Of a DNA stretch of 64,000 nucleotides, positions 63,602-64,000 are shown piece by piece. The first letter of the stretch is position 1. Each line of letters begins with the position of its first letter. Below the pieces are notes generated by a model. It was given only the letters and a program-made list of their open reading frames with translations, did not search any database and was not told the origin of the DNA. Position numbers and translations under genes: made by a program. The stretch comes from Thalia democratica (Eukaryota). The DNA lies in assembly GCA_965202585.1 (NCBI GenBank), contig OZ241827.1, forward strand, positions 51,336,001 to 51,400,000, in the 5' to 3' direction.

Positions 63602-64000
63602 GCTCGTGCAAGAAGTACAAACTCTTTAAATGAGAGATTTTTTTAATGAATATTTTTGTGAAAAACGTATATATTATTACGCACGTTTTATTAATTTTTG
63701 AAATAATTTCAACTGAACTGTCTATGATGGCTAACAATGCTTTGAAAAATCTTGAAACAATAATAACAAGAATAAAACATCAAATTGTTTGATATTATGT
63801 AGTGTTAAAAATAAGTTTAAAACCTTTCTGTAACAAAAAATCATCGAATAACTATCAAATTTTGTTTTTTACTCTTAATATATAACTGAAAAACAAGTTT
63901 TCCAATATTGTAAAAAGTAAGCAACAAAGTATTCTTATCAGTTTAATGTTTGATATAATTTGTTTTATCAAAGATTAGTATAAAAATGATTTGTACATAA

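Noticed and set aside
62732-63646. 304-aa plus-strand ORF
   Set aside because: Antisense shadow of the GC-rich protease exon, with no recognisable motifs; the minus strand carries the S1 motifs.

Overview
This is AT-rich eukaryotic (animal, probably invertebrate) genomic DNA with short GT-AG introns; the species cannot be determined from the sequence. About 54 kb (2199-56459, minus strand) is one giant secreted von Willebrand/gel-mucin-type gene. I spliced it by hand; every junction I reconstructed is GT-AG and phase-compatible, giving about 171 exons, about 27.7 kb of CDS and about 9,200 aa. Its architecture is signal peptide - EMI - 5 EGF - three VWD/C8/TIL/E assemblies - TIL/VWC - three exon-encoded tandem arrays of a 4-cysteine module alternating with Thr-rich spacers (about 85 modules), separated by linkers with VWC, LDLa and variant TIL domains - VWCs - C-terminal cystine knot. 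The arrays show a 5641-bp higher-order duplication, intron exchange between arrays, and intron presence/absence differences between copies. Upstream on the same strand (61685-63601) is a two-exon gene encoding a secreted protein with two chymotrypsin-fold (S1) domains: the first has an intact catalytic triad and the second has lost it. I found no prokaryotic features, CRISPR arrays, RNA genes or autonomous transposons.
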